DNA of 64,000 nucleotides, taken from an uncultured delta proteobacterium. Its GTDB lineage: Bacteria; Desulfobacterota; Desulfobacteria; Desulfobacterales; Desulfatirhabdiaceae. The stretch covers positions 378,477-442,476 of the forward strand of contig CAWBKP010000024.1 in assembly GCA_963789395.1 (NCBI GenBank), written 5' to 3'. The position numbers and the translations under genes were made by a program. The notes under the pieces are model-generated. The model saw nothing but the letters and a program-made list of their open reading frames with translations, ran no database searches and had not been told where the DNA came from. Shown here piece after piece: positions 50,443 through 60,479 of the stretch (within the stretch, counting starts at the first letter, position 1; every line of letters starts with the position of its first letter).

Positions 50443-52161
50443 TTAGATATTTGGATTTTGAATCTGTTTCGAATTTCGTGCATCGGATTTACAATTAATA
50501 TTATACTGAGTTTCAGGCTTGACGCGTTCCATTCTTTTGGCCAAAGGATACCTTCTACCGTAACCAAATGCTTTTGAGGTGACTTTCAGGCCGGGTGCCG
50601 CCTGGTTGCGCTTGTATTCATTGCGGTCGATCCGGGAAAGGATGTCCCGGACCAGGGCCGGGTCAAATCCCATCTTGACAATGTCGTCGAAAGTCTTGAG
50701 ATCTTCGATGCTGGCTTTTAGGATGGGATCCAGAATGTCATAAGGCGGCAGATCGTCCTGATCGGTCTGTTCGGGCTTGAGTTCTGCAGAAGGCGCTTTT
50801 TCGAGAATGCGCTCGGGAATGACGGGATTCTGGGCATTGACATACCTGGCAAGGTCATACACCAGGGTCTTTGGAACATCGGAGATGACAGCAAGACCCC
50901 CGTTCATGTCGCCGTAAAGCGTGCAGTAGCCGACGGCCAGTTCGGATTTATTTCCAGTGGAAAGAACCAGGCTGCCGTTCATGTTTGAAAGGGCCATCAG
51001 CAGGGTCCCCCGGATTCTGGCCTGAATGTTCTGTTCGGTGATTCCCGGATCATCGCCCGTGAAGCCGGGAGACAGAACTGCCGTGAATTCCTTGAAGATA
51101 GCGTCGATGGGGATGGTGGTCAGATGAATGTCAAGCCGCCGGCAGAGCTCGGCCGTGTCTTCATAATTATCCCTGGAGGTGTAGGGTGACGGCATGAATA
51201 CGGCCGAGACATTTTCTTTGCCAAGGGCCATCTTTGCAATCACCAGGGTCAGTGCGGAGTCGATCCCGCCACTCAGGCCAACAACCGTTTTTGAGAATCC
51301 GCATTTATTCACATAATCCCGGGTGCCGGTAACCAGTGCCTTCAACACCGAAGCGGTCCGGGATTCTGATACCGGATGAATTTCCCGGCAGCCGGGAATA
51401 TTCACATCCACCGTTACCAGATCTTCTTCAAAATCCGCTGCCTGGGCGATTTTTGTGCCGCAGGCGTCAAAAGCCATGCTGGCGCCGTCAAACAATACAC
51501 TGTCATTGCCGCCCACCTGATTGGCATATATCAGTGAAACGCCGTACTTGGCGGCGATGGATCCCAGCATGTGGGCTCTGAAATCGGATTTTCCGGCATG
51601 GTAAACCGAAGCCGAAAGATTGATGATCAAATCCGCCCCGCCTTGTACCAGAAGCGCAACCGGATCAACCGGATAGATGCGTTTTTGAAAAATATCCTCG
51701 TCGTTCCAGACATCTTCGCAGACGGTCAATCCGATTCTTTGCCCGTTATAGGCAAAAACCCGGCTTTCTGCACCGGGCTCAAAATATCGTCTTTCATCAA
51801 AGACATCATAGGTCGGAAGCAATCTTTTGCAGACCTTGTGGAGCATCCGGCCATCTTCAAACAGCACTGCGGCATTGAACAGCGGGTTTCCCTGATCCGC
51901 GGGATTTTTGTCAACGAATCCGCAGACAACGCCGATCCCCTTGATTCGCTCCATAACGTATTGCAGCGCGTCAAGGTTGGATTGAATAAAATCCGTCATC
52001 TCCAGAAGATCCCGGGGAGGGTAGCCTGGAATGACCAGCTCGGAAAAGACAACCAGATCGCAATTGCGTTCTTTTGCCATTTCTGAGAAGCGGATGATGC
52101 GACTGCAGTTGTGAGAGAAGTCTCCGATAACCGGATTGATCTGCGCAATGGCTATTTTCAT
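50443..52161 (-). CDS. nadE: Glutamine-dependent NAD+ synthetase
   Basis: Nitrilase domain (MKIAIAQIN, ELVIPGYPPRDL, VCEDVW), plus GLSGGIDS, NIQARIRG, TGNKSE and PSAEL. Confidence 0.95.
   Translation of the reverse strand: MKIAIAQINPVIGDFSHNCSRIIRFSEMAKERNCDLVVFSELVIPGYPPRDLLEMTDFIQSNLDALQYVMERIKGIGVVCGFVDKNPADQGNPLFNAAVLFEDGRMLHKVCKRLLPTYDVFDERRYFEPGAESRVFAYNGQRIGLTVCEDVWNDEDIFQKRIYPVDPVALLVQGGADLIINLSASVYHAGKSDFRAHMLGSIAAKYGVSLIYANQVGGNDSVLFDGASMAFDACGTKIAQAADFEEDLVTVDVNIPGCREIHPVSESRTASVLKALVTGTRDYVNKCGFSKTVVGLSGGIDSALTLVIAKMALGKENVSAVFMPSPYTSRDNYEDTAELCRRLDIHLTTIPIDAIFKEFTAVLSPGFTGDDPGITEQNIQARIRGTLLMALSNMNGSLVLSTGNKSELAVGYCTLYGDMNGGLAVISDVPKTLVYDLARYVNAQNPVIPERILEKAPSAELKPEQTDQDDLPPYDILDPILKASIEDLKTFDDIVKMGFDPALVRDILSRIDRNEYKRNQAAPGLKVTSKAFGYGRRYPLAKRMERVKPETQYNINCKSDARNSKQIQNPNI
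50453..50490 (+). repeat. Dispersed repeat family A, copy 3 (inside nadE 3' end)
   Basis: GGATTTTGAATCTGTTTCGAATTTCGTGCATCGGATTT. Confidence 0.7.
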
Positions 52162-52179
52162 TTCATACCTTGATGACAA

Positions 52180-52211
52180 ATCCCCCTTAGTCCCCTTTAT
52201 TCAAAAGGGGA
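52180..52211. repeat. Short palindromic element or terminator between nifS and nadE
   Basis: ATCCCCCTTAG then hairpin TCCCCTTT-ATTCA-AAAGGGGA. Confidence 0.45.
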
Positions 52212-52266
52212 AGAAATGCAATTCATGTCCGGGGCTGAGATGCATAGACGCTGTTGATACGAAGGA

Positions 52267-53441
52267 TCACGTGGCGCAGCCACAGCTTCCTTTCCAGAAC
52301 GGCGACATGGTTCGAAGGCGTTCGATGATGGGCGGCAGCTTTTCGATGATCAGGTCAATTTCAGGTTCGGTGTTGTAGATGCTGAGGCTGAAACGGATGG
52401 TGCCGTGCGCGGCGGTAAACGGAACTCCCATGGCACGGAGCACGTGCGAGGGTTCCAGGGATCCTGACGTGCAGGCTGAGCCGGAAGATGCGCAGATGCC
52501 GAATTCATTCATCATCAGCAGGATGGACTCGCCTTCCACAAATTCAAAGGCAATGCTGCTGGTGTTGGGAAGCCGGTTGTCCGTATCGCCGTTTACAAAG
52601 GCATTGGGAATTTTTTCGACGAGCCGGGTTTCAAGCTTGTCCCGGAGAAACTTGACGCGGGTGTTTTCGTCCGTCATGTGTTCGGTCACAAACTCGCTGG
52701 CCCTGCCAAGGCCGATAATGGAGGCCACATTTTCCGTCCCCCCCGCCTGCCTTTTTCCTGATGGCCGCCGATCATAAACGGAGAGAATTTGGTGCCTTTT
52801 CTCACGTACAGAGCGCCGATGCCTTTGGGCGCATGCAGCTTGTGGCCGGAAAGCGACAACATGTCGATCCGGTTTTTTCTGACGTCAATGGGGACTTTGC
52901 CAACAGCCTGAACCGCGTCGGTATGAAAAATGATGCCTCTTTCAGACAGCATCCCGGCAATATCATCAATCGGGAAAATCACGCCGGTTTCGTTATTGGC
53001 CCACATGAAGCTGGCAATGGCCGTATCATCGGTCAGGTGGCGGTTCAGATAGTCCATATCCAGCCGGCCCTTGCTGTCAACCGGTACAAAAGTGACCCGA
53101 TAGCCGGTTTTGGCTAGGTATTCGCAGAGGTTTTTCACTGCCGGATGCTCGACACGGGAGGTGATGATATGCTTTTTGTCCGGGTTGGACCGAAGGGCCG
53201 CCATGATGGCGGTGCTGTCACTTTCCGTGCCGCAGCTGGTGAAAACGATTTCTTCCGGGGATGCGCCCAGAAGACCTGCCAGTTTAGCCCTGGCGTCATT
53301 GATCTGGCGCCCGACGGTTCCGCCGAAAGTGTGCATGCTGGAGGGATTCCCGTAGTATTCGGTAAAATAGGGGAGCATGGCCTCGACCACTTCGGGAGCG
53401 ACCCGGGTGGTGGCATTGTTGTCAAAATAAAGCGGGTTCAT
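52267..53441 (-). CDS. nifS: Cysteine desulfurase NifS (frameshift in the G run near 52740)
   Basis: YFDNNATT, MWANNETG, HTDAVQ, SGHKLH and SSGSACTSGSLEPSHVL. Confidence 0.95.
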
Positions 53442-54268
53442 TGGGTCACCTCCTCAACCACGAGTTCGGGCGTTACCAGTTCGCGAAGTTTGGCTTCAAC
53501 ATAATTCTTGAGCGTGATCTGTGATTTCTTGCAGGTTGCGCAGGTGCCGCGAAGCCTTACCTGTACGATGTTTCCGGAAACATCAATCAGCTCGATGTCC
53601 CCGCCGTCCTTGTTCAGGGCCGGTTTGATCTCTCGCTCCAGGGTCTGTTCGATCAGCTTGATTTTCTGCAGATTGGTCAGTACCGGCGATTTTTTTCTGG
53701 CCGGCGCTTCCTTGCCCAGAACCGTATTGATGATTTCCTGTATCTTTTCATGGCAGTTTCCGCACCCGCCGCCTGCCTTGACATAATCGGTGACCTGCTC
53801 GATGGTGGTCAAGTGGTTTTCTCGGACTGCCCGCTCAATCTGAATGTCGGTTACACCAAAACATTCGCAGACGATCTCACCCTCGATTTTTTTTTCAGCA
53901 CTTCCGCGATAGCAGGTGATGGCTTTTTCCAGAGCATCCCGCCCCATGACCGAGCAGTGCATTTTTTCCCTTGGCAAACCGCCCAGATATTCGGCAATGT
54001 TTTCATTGGTGATGGTTTCCGCCTCTTCCAGCGTTTTGCCGATCAGCATTTCAGTCAGGGCGGATGAAGATGCGATGGCGCTTGCGCAGCCAAAAGTCTT
54101 GAATTTGGCTTCCTTGATCCGCTGCTGCTCATCCAGTTTAAAATACAGGGTCAGGGCGTCTCCACAAGCCAGTGATCCAACTTCTCCGACCCCGTCCGGA
54201 TTCTCGATTTCTCCGACATTGCGGGGATTGAGAAAATGATCTTTTACTTTATCCGTATATTCCCACAT
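53438..54268 (-). CDS. nifU: Fe-S scaffold NifU (IscU + BFD + Nfu domains)
   Basis: MWEYTDKVKDHF, ACGD, FGCASAIAS, KMHCS, VCECFGV, GGGCGNC and GTCATC. Confidence 0.95.
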   Translation of the reverse strand: MWEYTDKVKDHFLNPRNVGEIENPDGVGEVGSLACGDALTLYFKLDEQQRIKEAKFKTFGCASAIASSSALTEMLIGKTLEEAETITNENIAEYLGGLPREKMHCSVMGRDALEKAITCYRGSAEKKIEGEIVCECFGVTDIQIERAVRENHLTTIEQVTDYVKAGGGCGNCHEKIQEIINTVLGKEAPARKKSPVLTNLQKIKLIEQTLEREIKPALNKDGGDIELIDVSGNIVQVRLRGTCATCKKSQITLKNYVEAKLRELVTPELVVEEVTQ

Positions 54269-54400
54269 AACTGCCTCCCGGTTAGCTTACCCGCTAAATA
54301 AATAGGTTGATTTTTTCCCCCTGAAAAGGTGATAAACAATAAGAACGATTTTGACTAAAGTCCATCTAAAAAATGTCTTAACGGAAAATCCGATGAGACA

Positions 54401-54435
54401 AAATCCGAATATCGAAATCCGAAATTCAAAACAAA
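54401..54435 (-). repeat. Dispersed repeat family A, copy 4 (inverted)
   Basis: Reverse complement TTTGTTTTGAATTTCGGATTTCGATATTCGGATTT matches copy 1; degenerate periodic sequence continues to ~54525. Confidence 0.8.
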
Positions 54436-54590
54436 AGCAATTCCAATATCAGAATTACAAAAAGTATCCGTGTCACACACACAGATTTCATCATTATGAT
54501 TTTTGTGATTTTGGTCATTGTTTCAGTTTATTTTTAATGACACTTCATAATAAACCTGATGACAAAGGTCAAGAAAGGAGGTAATGCGCT

Positions 54591-55444
54591 ATGAAAACCA
54601 GACGGGCGGCGTTGTCCGGTACATGGTATTCGGGCACGGCTTCGGGATGTCGGCAGGAGATTGAATTTTTTATCAATAATTCAACCGTATTGCCGGATCC
54701 ATCCAGTCCGGCTGTCGGAGGCATTGTTCCGCATGCCGGCTGGTACTATTCCGGAAGCATTGCCTGCGATGTCATCCGGTTGCTGAAAAGCGGGGTATCC
54801 GCCCCGGATGCGGTGGTGATTTTTGGAACCCACCTGTATCCGGACGCTCCTTTTACCATCATGAAAGAAGGCGCCTGGGAAACGCCCCTTGGAAATATCG
54901 CCATTCATGAGCCCCTTGCCAGGGAGCTGTCTCTGCGGAGTCCCTTTGAACTTGAAGCATCCGATGAAGATGCCGCGGACAATACTTTCGAGGTGCAGCT
55001 TCCCTTTATCAAGTATTTCTGGAACAATGTCAAAATTGTTCCGATCGGAGCCCCCCTTCTCCAAAATCCGTTGAGATGGGAGAAATCGTGGCTGCAGCAG
55101 CGCGGAAACTGGGATTGAACATCATTGTTCTGGGCTCGACCGACTTGACGCATTATGGCCCCAATTACGGGTATACTCCCAAGGGACGGGGCAAGTCGGC
55201 CCTGCAGTGGACCCGCGACGCTAACGATCGCAGCGTCATTGACGCTATCTTGTCCATGAATCCGCTGGGGATCATTCGAGACGCTCAGGAAAAGCGCAAT
55301 GCCTGCTGTGCGGGGGCCGCCGCCGCCGCGCTTTCTGCCGGAATGGCACTGGGTGCGGTACGATCCAGGCTGGTGACCTATGCAACCAGCCATGAAAAAA
55401 GCCCGGGAGACAGCTTTGTTGGATATGCCGGCATTCTATTTTAA
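54591..55444 (+). CDS. MEMO1 family protein (AmmeMemoRadiSam protein B; frameshift near 55060)
   Basis: GTWY, VPHAGWYYSG, WETPLG, EVQLPF, STDLTHYG and SFVGYAG. Confidence 0.88.
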
Positions 55445-55553
55445 TTGTTTTTTTTGTGAATCTATATTACGAAACCGCACATATTGATTTGTCTGGACTG
55501 CGGGCTGTAGGTCCGAAACATATTTATTCACGTTGCGGTTAAGGGAGAACTCA

Positions 55554-57134
55554 ATGAAAGTACTGGTCAGTGATAATCTGGGTGAAATCGGCATTGAAAT
55601 GTTTCAAAAAGAAGCGGGAATCGAGGTGGACGTCAAGACCGGGCTGTCTCCGGATGCGCTTAAAAACATCATCGGTCAATATGACGCGCTGGTGATTCGA
55701 AGCGCCACCAAAGTGACCGAGGAAATCATAAAGGCGGGGGTCAACCTGAAGGTTGTGGGCCGGGCCGGCATTGGACTGGACAATGTCGATATTCCGGCAG
55801 CCACCAAGCAGGGCGTTATTGTTATGAATACGCCCGGCGGTAACGTGATCACAACCGCAGAACATGCCATTGCCATGATGCTGTCACTGACCCGGAACAT
55901 CCCGCAGGGAACCGCATCCATTAAAGCAGGCAAATGGGAAAAGAAAAATCTTCAGGGCCGGGAGATATTTGACAAGGTCCTGGGGGTCATCGGATTTGGC
56001 AAGATCGGATCGATCGTTGCGGACCGGGCAAGGGGGCTTAAAATGCGGGTCATTGTCTATGATCCGTTTGTCACCCAGGAGCTGATTGAAAAAGCAGGCT
56101 TTGAATGCGTTTCCCTGGAAACCCTGTATAAGATATCCGATTACATTACCGTTCATGTGCCCAAATTGAAAGACACCCTGGGGTTTTTGAACAAATCCGC
56201 CTTTGATCAGATGAAAGACGGGGTCATGATCATCAATTGCGCCCGCGGCGGCATCGTGGATGAAGCGGATCTGGTTGATGCCATCAAATCCGGAAAAGTC
56301 GGCGGGGCTGCCCTGGATGTGTTTGCCACGGAGCCGCCCGGCAATTCCCCCTTGTTTGAACTGGACCACGTGATCGGAACCCCGCATCTTGGAGCCTCCA
56401 CCCAGGAAGCCCAGACCAATGTGGCGGTGGCCATTGCCGAGCAGATCATCGATTATCTGAAAAACGGCACCATTCGAAATGCGGTCAATGTGCCGTCGAT
56501 CACCGGAGAGTTGCTGGTCAAACTGGGGCCCTTTCTCTCCCTGGGCGATCAGATCGGAAAACTTCAGTCCCAGCTGATTCACGGCCCCCTGAAGGAAGTC
56601 ATCATCGAGTTTGCGGGAGATTTTTTCGGGCTGGATCTGACGCCGGTGTCAACCGCGGTTCTCAGAGGAATTCTGGCGGCTGTGGTCAAGGATGATGTGA
56701 ATTTTGTGAATGCCGGCATCATCGCCAAAGAACGCGGCATCAAGGTCACGGAAACGGTCAGCACCGAGTCCGAGGATTATGTCAATCTGATTACCGTCAA
56801 AGCCATCACCACGGAAATGACCAATACGGTTGCCGGCACCCTCTTCGGCAAAAAAGAATCCCGGATCGTCCGCATCAACACATTCCGTCTGGAAATGATT
56901 CCGATCGGCCATCTGGCTTTGATTCACAACATCGACAAGCCCGGATCCATCGGCGAGATAGGCACCTGTCTGGGAAGACACCAGATCAACATCGGCAGGA
57001 TGCAGGTCGGGCAGGAAGAGAAAGGGAACCGGAATATCATTTTTCTGTGTACCGATACCCCCATCCCCGATGCCGTGATTGCGGAGCTGCGGACCCTGCC
57101 TTCGGTCAAAATGGCGATTCCGCTGGAATTTTAG
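55554..57134 (+). CDS. serA: D-3-phosphoglycerate dehydrogenase
   Basis: GRAGIGLDNVD, GVIGFGKIG, INCARGG, TPHLGASTQEAQ and C-terminal ASB/ACT region. Confidence 0.96.
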   Translation: MKVLVSDNLGEIGIEMFQKEAGIEVDVKTGLSPDALKNIIGQYDALVIRSATKVTEEIIKAGVNLKVVGRAGIGLDNVDIPAATKQGVIVMNTPGGNVITTAEHAIAMMLSLTRNIPQGTASIKAGKWEKKNLQGREIFDKVLGVIGFGKIGSIVADRARGLKMRVIVYDPFVTQELIEKAGFECVSLETLYKISDYITVHVPKLKDTLGFLNKSAFDQMKDGVMIINCARGGIVDEADLVDAIKSGKVGGAALDVFATEPPGNSPLFELDHVIGTPHLGASTQEAQTNVAVAIAEQIIDYLKNGTIRNAVNVPSITGELLVKLGPFLSLGDQIGKLQSQLIHGPLKEVIIEFAGDFFGLDLTPVSTAVLRGILAAVVKDDVNFVNAGIIAKERGIKVTETVSTESEDYVNLITVKAITTEMTNTVAGTLFGKKESRIVRINTFRLEMIPIGHLALIHNIDKPGSIGEIGTCLGRHQINIGRMQVGQEEKGNRNIIFLCTDTPIPDAVIAELRTLPSVKMAIPLEF

Positions 57135-57224
57135 ACGGGTATTCAGTTGCGCGGGCTGAAGGAGAGAGGGGGGTATCCGAAGCCTGCTGTGAGAGTTCAT
57201 TACCGTAAAAACAGGAGAATGATC

Positions 57225-57527
57225 ATGCCGGAAGTAACGACAGAAAGAGATGATTCCGCCAGGGAAAAATCCTCTTCCAAACTGCCGATTATCACTTTTT
57301 CCACGTTTGTCGTCTCGTTGAATGCCGCTGTTCTATCGCATTTGGGAGTCATCGATGAGCCAGGCACGGGCAGGCGTACCAAAAATTTGCCCCTTGCGAA
57401 ACAGACGATCGATGTGCTGGCCATGCTCGAGGAAAAAACCCGCGGGAATCTGTCTCAGGAAGAGGCCACCATGTTGAAAAGTGTTCTGTACGATTTACGG
57501 ATCATTTATGTCAGAGAATTGGGGTAA
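57225..57527 (+). CDS. DUF1844 family protein
   Basis: FSTFVVSL, LAKQTIDVLAMLEEKTRGNL and LYDLR. Confidence 0.85.
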   Translation: MPEVTTERDDSAREKSSSKLPIITFSTFVVSLNAAVLSHLGVIDEPGTGRRTKNLPLAKQTIDVLAMLEEKTRGNLSQEEATMLKSVLYDLRIIYVRELG

Positions 57528-57664
57528 AGCGCCTTATCGGAGTTGACATCAGGGGAAGCGGATTTATTTTGATACACAGTGCCGAAGCAGCGCCGGCCAT
57601 GCCGGCATTTTCCCGACTTTGCTGCAAGTTTCCGGCAAGAATACTCACAACGATGGAGGCGGTT

Positions 57665-59122
57665 ATGCTTGGTCAACACGGTAGGTTTTATAAGCGTTTC
57701 TTTTCCGGTTTGTTACCCGGAGGGGTTATGCTCGGACTTTTATTATTTTTTGGATTTACGATTAGCGCGGCTGCCAAAACAGCCGATATCCCCATGGTTC
57801 CGGCAAGTTTCAGCTCACTTGCGGAGCTGGTCAGCCCTGCTGTCGTCAATGTACGCACCGAGAAAACCGTTCAGGGCAGTGGCCGGACGTATCGCCACTT
57901 CAATCAGAATCCTTATGGAAATGACGATCGGTTCAATGATTTTTTTGAAAAATTTTTTGGGGAACAACTTCCCAAAGACCATAAGGAACGAAGTCTTGGG
58001 TCCGGATTCATCATCGATAAGGACGGTTTTATCGTCACCAACAACCATGTGATCGAAAATGCGGACAAAATCAAGGTCAAGATGAAGGATGGAAAAGAAT
58101 ATATCGCCGAAATCGTCGGCAGAGACCCATCCACCGATCTTGCCCTGATCAAGGTGCCCTCCGGGAACAACCTGCCGGTAATTCCTTTCGGGGATTCGGA
58201 AAATTTGAAAGTCGGTCAGTGGGTGGTGGCCATCGGCAGTCCGTTTGGACTGGAGCAAACAGTTACGGCAGGCATTCTCAGCGCCAAAGGCCGCGTCATC
58301 GGATCAGGCCCCTATGATAATTTTCTTCAGACCGATGCGTCTATCAATCCGGGCAACAGCGGCGGCCCCCTGATTGATCTGCAGGGGCAGGTTGTGGGGA
58401 TCAATACCGCCATTATTGCCAGCGGCCAGGGAATCGGCTTTGCCATTCCCATCAATCTGGCCAAAGGCGTGATCGATCAGCTTAAAAATAAGGGAGAGGT
58501 CACCCGTGGCTGGCTGGGGGTTGTGATTTCGGACATGAACGAGGATGTGGCCGAATACCAGGGCGTTCCGGACAAAAAAGGCGCCATGGTGATGGAGGTT
58601 GTCAAAGGTGATCCGGCGGATGTGGCCGGCATTCAGGCAAATGACATCATCCTTGAAGTCAATGACCACAAGGTGGAAAGCAGCAGGGATCTGACAAATA
58701 CGATCGCCGGTATCCCTGTCGGCGAAAAGGCCAAGATACAGGTTCTCCGAAACAACAAAAAGATGACCTTTACGGTTGAGATCGCCAAACGTCCAGAAGA
58801 TGCCAAGCTGGCTTCCAAAGGCGCGAACAAAGGTCATGAAGATGAACTGGGGATTCGGGTGACCGATTTGACGCCTGAACTTTCCCAGCGGATGAATCTG
58901 ACGTCTGCCGAGGGGGTTCTCGTGGAAAGCGTCGAGCCCGACAGCAATGGGGCGCAGGCCGGGGTTCAGGCCGGCGATGTGATCAAGGAGATCAATCATC
59001 AGTCGGTCAAAACCGTAAAAGAGTATACAGCCCAGATGGCCAAGCTCAAGAAAAATGACACCGTACAGATGTTTATCTGGCGGATGAATGCCGGCTTCGT
59101 GGTTGTCAAACTCACCAAATAA
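57665..59122 (+). CDS. degP: DegP/DegQ (HtrA) serine protease with two PDZ domains
   Basis: SLGSGFII, TNNHV, DLALIK, QTDASINPGNSGGPL and RGWLGV; signal region. Confidence 0.93.
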   Translation: MLGQHGRFYKRFFSGLLPGGVMLGLLLFFGFTISAAAKTADIPMVPASFSSLAELVSPAVVNVRTEKTVQGSGRTYRHFNQNPYGNDDRFNDFFEKFFGEQLPKDHKERSLGSGFIIDKDGFIVTNNHVIENADKIKVKMKDGKEYIAEIVGRDPSTDLALIKVPSGNNLPVIPFGDSENLKVGQWVVAIGSPFGLEQTVTAGILSAKGRVIGSGPYDNFLQTDASINPGNSGGPLIDLQGQVVGINTAIIASGQGIGFAIPINLAKGVIDQLKNKGEVTRGWLGVVISDMNEDVAEYQGVPDKKGAMVMEVVKGDPADVAGIQANDIILEVNDHKVESSRDLTNTIAGIPVGEKAKIQVLRNNKKMTFTVEIAKRPEDAKLASKGANKGHEDELGIRVTDLTPELSQRMNLTSAEGVLVESVEPDSNGAQAGVQAGDVIKEINHQSVKTVKEYTAQMAKLKKNDTVQMFIWRMNAGFVVVKLTK

Positions 59123-59213
59123 GCCAGGATGGTACATACCGGAAGACAGAGGACAGGTGGCGAACGTCATTTGTCCTCTTATCATTTTAACCCCTCAGCT
59201 CCAAAAGATACCC

Positions 59214-60479
59214 ATGATTGCAGAAATTCTGGCCACCGGTGATGAAATCCGTTCCGGTACACTTGTTGACAGCAATTCAGCCCATATTGCTCAAAAACTG
59301 GAAGAAACCGGCATTGCGGTTGTCCGGCATCATGCTGTCGGAGACGATATCCCGCTCATGGTCTCCGTGCTTCGTGAAATTGCTTTGCGCACTGATGTCT
59401 GCGTTGTCACCGGCGGGCTTGGCCCGACTTCGGATGACCTGACTGCAGAAGCTGCTGCCGTTGCCTCAGGCGTGCCGCTGGTTCAGAGTCCCGAGGCTCT
59501 GGAGATCGTTGAATCCTTTTTCCGATCCTTTCATCGGCCGATAACTGCATCCAATATCAAACAGTCCTATCTGCCCGAAGGCGCAACCTGTCTGCCGAAT
59601 CCCATTGGAACCGCTCCGGGATTCATGATGATTCTCGGCAAATGCCGGTTGTTTTTTCTTCCCGGCGTTCCTTCTGAAATGCGCAGGATGCTCTCTGAAT
59701 CCGTGATTCCCCGAATTGAGGCGCTTCAGGAAGGGGTCCGGCAGTTCTGCAGGGTCCAGACCCTGACCACATTCGGTCTGACCGAGTCCCTGACCGGCGA
59801 ACGGCTCAAGGAGTTTTCACACTATTTTCCGGAGATTCAACTGGGATTTCGCGCCAAATTCCCGGAAATTCAGGTCAAGTTCTATGTTCGTGGAAACGAT
59901 GCCGATCAGGTGGAAGTGATGATTCGGGAGGCAAGCCGCTGGGTTTCGGAAAAGCTGGGCCATAAACTCATTTCTGCCGATGGGGAATCCATGGAAGCTG
60001 TCGTGGGGCGCCTGCTGTCTCAAAATAAATCAACCATAGCCGTTGCAGAAAGCTGTACGGGCGGGCTGATCGCACACTGGCTGACCAATGTGGCCGGAAG
60101 CTCCGATTATTTTCTTTACTCCGGCGTGGTATATGCCAACCAGGCTAAAATTGCACTTCTTGGCGTGTCTCAGGATACCTTGAACCGTCATGGCGCGGTT
60201 CATGAAGAGACTGCACGGGAAATGGCGCTCCGGGTGCGGCAGATCACCGGGGCCTCCTACGGCCTTGCCACCAGCGGCATTGCGGGTCCGGGGGGCGGCA
60301 CCGAAGAAAAACCCGTCGGCACGGTATGCATCGGACTGGCAACTGCGGATGGTGTCCGCTCGTACCGGTTCCAGTACCGGTTCCGAAGCCGGGAAATGAA
60401 TAAGCAGATTTTTGCCATGACCGCTCTGGATCTGCTGCGCCGCGAACTGCTGGGCGTCACACCGGAGGAGCCCGCATGA
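59214..60479 (+). CDS. cinA: CinA (MoCF-like domain + PncC NMN deamidase)
   Basis: TGDEI, TGGLGPTSDD, LPGVPSEM, AESCTGG and SGIAGPGGG. Confidence 0.93.
   Translation: MIAEILATGDEIRSGTLVDSNSAHIAQKLEETGIAVVRHHAVGDDIPLMVSVLREIALRTDVCVVTGGLGPTSDDLTAEAAAVASGVPLVQSPEALEIVESFFRSFHRPITASNIKQSYLPEGATCLPNPIGTAPGFMMILGKCRLFFLPGVPSEMRRMLSESVIPRIEALQEGVRQFCRVQTLTTFGLTESLTGERLKEFSHYFPEIQLGFRAKFPEIQVKFYVRGNDADQVEVMIREASRWVSEKLGHKLISADGESMEAVVGRLLSQNKSTIAVAESCTGGLIAHWLTNVAGSSDYFLYSGVVYANQAKIALLGVSQDTLNRHGAVHEETAREMALRVRQITGASYGLATSGIAGPGGGTEEKPVGTVCIGLATADGVRSYRFQYRFRSREMNKQIFAMTALDLLRRELLGVTPEEPA

Noticed and set aside
52735..52746. Programmed frameshift or phase variation in the nifS G run
   Set aside because: Homopolymer indel in a normally essential gene within an error-rich assembly; artefact far more likely.
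52267..54268. nifU-nifS as evidence of nitrogen fixation
   Set aside because: No nifHDK here; the NIF system serves general Fe-S assembly in many anaerobes.
54347..54374. IscR/Rrf2-type site upstream of nifU
   Set aside because: Only a half-site (TTTTGACTAAAGT) resembles the motif, and it could equally be a -35 element.
10466..54435. CRISPR interpretation of the repeats
   Set aside because: Copies are dispersed or tandem heptamers with no regular repeat-spacer structure, and no cas genes are present.
54351..54584. 77-aa ORF containing QNPNIEIRNSKQ
   Set aside because: Translation of repeat family A; no RBS or protein family signal.
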